A stretch of DNA of 30,941 nucleotides, taken from positions 1-30,941 of the forward strand of contig JBCBZT010000069.1 of assembly GCA_039815185.1 (NCBI GenBank), read 5' to 3'. The DNA comes from Cyanobacteria bacterium P01_A01_bin.123 (GTDB lineage Bacteria > Cyanobacteriota > Cyanobacteriia > Phormidesmidales > Phormidesmidaceae). This document shows, in pieces, positions 29,253 to 30,941 of this stretch (its first letter is position 1; every line of letters begins with the position of its first letter). A model generated the notes under the pieces. The model did no database searches. It saw only the letters and a list, made by a program, of their open reading frames with translations, and was not told the origin of the DNA. A program made the position numbers and the translations under genes.

Positions 29253-30209
29253 CTAAGCTTTCACCAATTCTGCTTCGGTCTGGCGCACAATGTCGTAGGT
29301 GAAGAAGTCGCGAGCCATGAGCGTCGACTTGAAAATCGCTTGAGCCTCTGCCAATAGATCGTCTAGTTCAATCGGATTACCCGGTGCATATCGGGGGCTA
29401 AAGTGAGTCATGATCAACTGCTTCACCCGTGCAGCCAAAGCCACTTGAGCTGCCATGGTTGAGGTTGAATGCAGCCTTTGATAAGCCATCTCAGCATCGG
29501 CATGGGCAAACGTGGCTTCATGAATTAACACATCTGCATCTGTTGCCAGGTTGACCGCGTTTTCGCAAAAGATGGTGTCCGTACAATACACTAGCTTACG
29601 CCCCACAAGCGGTGGCCCACACAAATCTGTCCCACTCACGCGACGACCATCGGGCAAGTCAACCACTTCTCCCCGTTTCAAACGCCCATAGAGTGGCCCA
29701 GAGGGGATTCCCATGGCCGCTGCTCGTTTGACGTCAAACCGTCCGGGGCGATCTTTTTCAACCACTCGGTAGCCAAAGGCAGGGACACGATGTTCTAAGC
29801 GATCGCAGACCACCGTAAATTCATCGTCTTCATAGACCCGACCCGGTTCGACCGTGTGCACCTTAATCGGATAAGAAAAGTGGGTTTGCGAATAACGACG
29901 GCATGCTTGCAAATACTCATTCAGCTTGGGCGGGCCATAGATGTCAATTCGCTGCTGACCACTCCCGGCTAGCCCGCAACTGGCCAGCAACCCCATCAGG
30001 CCAAAAATGTGATCGCCGTGCATGTGGGTGACAAAAATTCGGCGGATTTGGCTCGACTTAAAGTCACTGCGAAGGAACTGATGTTGAGTCCCTTCGCCAC
30101 AGTCAAACAGCCAGACTTCCGCCCGCTGAGGCAGCCTCAACGCCACGCTAGACACATTGCGCGATCGCGTTGGCACCCCAGAACTTGTCCCCAGAAAAGT
30201 AATCTGCAA
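29253..30209 (-). CDS. rnz: Ribonuclease Z
   Basis: [28 protein letters not shown]+P.GP exosite, HEATF, HST, THFSPRY. TTG start. Confidence 0.97.
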   Translation of the reverse strand: MQITFLGTSSGVPTRSRNVSSVALRLPQRAEVWLFDCGEGTQHQFLRSDFKSSQIRRIFVTHMHGDHIFGLMGLLASCGLAGSGQQRIDIYGPPKLNEYLQACRRYSQTHFSYPIKVHTVEPGRVYEDDEFTVVCDRLEHRVPAFGYRVVEKDRPGRFDVKRAAAMGIPSGPLYGRLKRGEVVDLPDGRRVSGTDLCGPPLVGRKLVYCTDTIFCENAVNLATDADVLIHEATFAHADAEMAYQRLHSTSTMAAQVALAARVKQLIMTHFSPRYAPGNPIELDDLLAEAQAIFKSTLMARDFFTYDIVRQTEAELVKA

Positions 30210-30313
30210 AGCAAAAACAGTGAAAGACGACTGTACCAGCCTAGCTTGGCACGATTCACTTTAGCGTAACAGTCCTAATTCAGCACGGACTCCACTGCCC
30301 CCTAAACGAACGC

Positions 30314-30941
30314 CTAAGCCACCAAATGATTTTCCACGACGGTGGCCAGGTGAGATGTCCAATGGTTTACCAACGAGGCATCTGCCGCTTCCACCATGAC
30401 GCGGATTAGGGGTTCAGTACCCGACGCCCTAACCAACACGCGCCCTTGGTCACCCATCGCAGCTTCTGCTTGGGCAATGGCAGCTTGCAGCGAATCACAA
30501 TCTTGCCAGTTAGCGCGGCGATCGCGATCGTCCACCCGGACATTTTTCAGCAGTTGGGGATAGGGGACGAAGCTATCATCCACCAGTTGGGCCAGGGAGC
30601 CCGCCTTCTGCTTGACAAGATTGGAGAGGTGGAGCGCTGTCAAAACGCCGTCTCCGGTCATGCTGTAGTGGTGGCATAGGATATGACCAGACTGCTCTCC
30701 ACCCAGTTTTGCTCCCCGCCGCAGCATCTCTGCATGGACATGCTGATCGCCAACTCGGGTACGGATCAGTTGCCCACCCTGGTTTTGCCAGGCTCGCTCA
30801 AAACCTAAATTAGCCATTACCGTAGACACAATAGTGTTATTCGGCAATTGGGCCAACTGACTCAGGGTCTTGCCCCAAAAATACAAAATATAGTCACCAT
30901 CGACTACTCGCCCCTGGGCATCGACCGCAATCACCCGATCC
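30314..30941 (-). CDS. glmM: Phosphoglucosamine mutase, 3' part (cut by the window edge)
   Basis: [44 protein letters not shown]. Confidence 0.95.
   Translation of the reverse strand, partial: DRVIAVDAQGRVVDGDYILYFWGKTLSQLAQLPNNTIVSTVMANLGFERAWQNQGGQLIRTRVGDQHVHAEMLRRGAKLGGEQSGHILCHHYSMTGDGVLTALHLSNLVKQKAGSLAQLVDDSFVPYPQLLKNVRVDDRDRRANWQDCDSLQAAIAQAEAAMGDQGRVLVRASGTEPLIRVMVEAADASLVNHWTSHLATVVENHLVA

Overview
A 30.9 kb cyanobacterial chromosomal segment. It has about 40 HIP1 GCGATCGC sites counted by eye, and its gene content resembles a filamentous Leptolyngbya/Nodosilinea-type organism. Most of it is core or conserved: psb34 with an HLR1/RpaB-type promoter, an EamA transporter, a NarL-type regulator plus a heme-c (CxxCH) sensor kinase, a HerA-like ATPase, a small outer-membrane beta-barrel, ppc, an SGNH-like/MBOAT acylation pair, a GFA protein, DUF2288, an AI-2E transporter, hpt, a VOC protein, cobU, rnz and the 3' part of glmM. 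The accessory part is a HIP1-free block at about 1.2-5.7 kb. It holds a putative immunity-like protein, a NACHT NTPase with a hexamer-built Ala/Asp-Leu/Arg repeat, a toxin/DUF2283 pair, and a DUF559 endonuclease gene enclosed by five GATC-ended palindromic repeats whose outermost copies are inverted. This last arrangement resembles REP/RAYT but with a PD-(D/E)xK nuclease, and is the best candidate for a poorly described system. A separate ~92 bp GTAG-hairpin MITE-like element occurs twice in full (7484-7577 and inverted at 15586-15676) and as a tandem end fragment (1079-1128). An unannotated 49-57 aa signal-peptide-like ORF lies at 24579-24752. All family assignments come from recognising motifs by eye; no searches were run.
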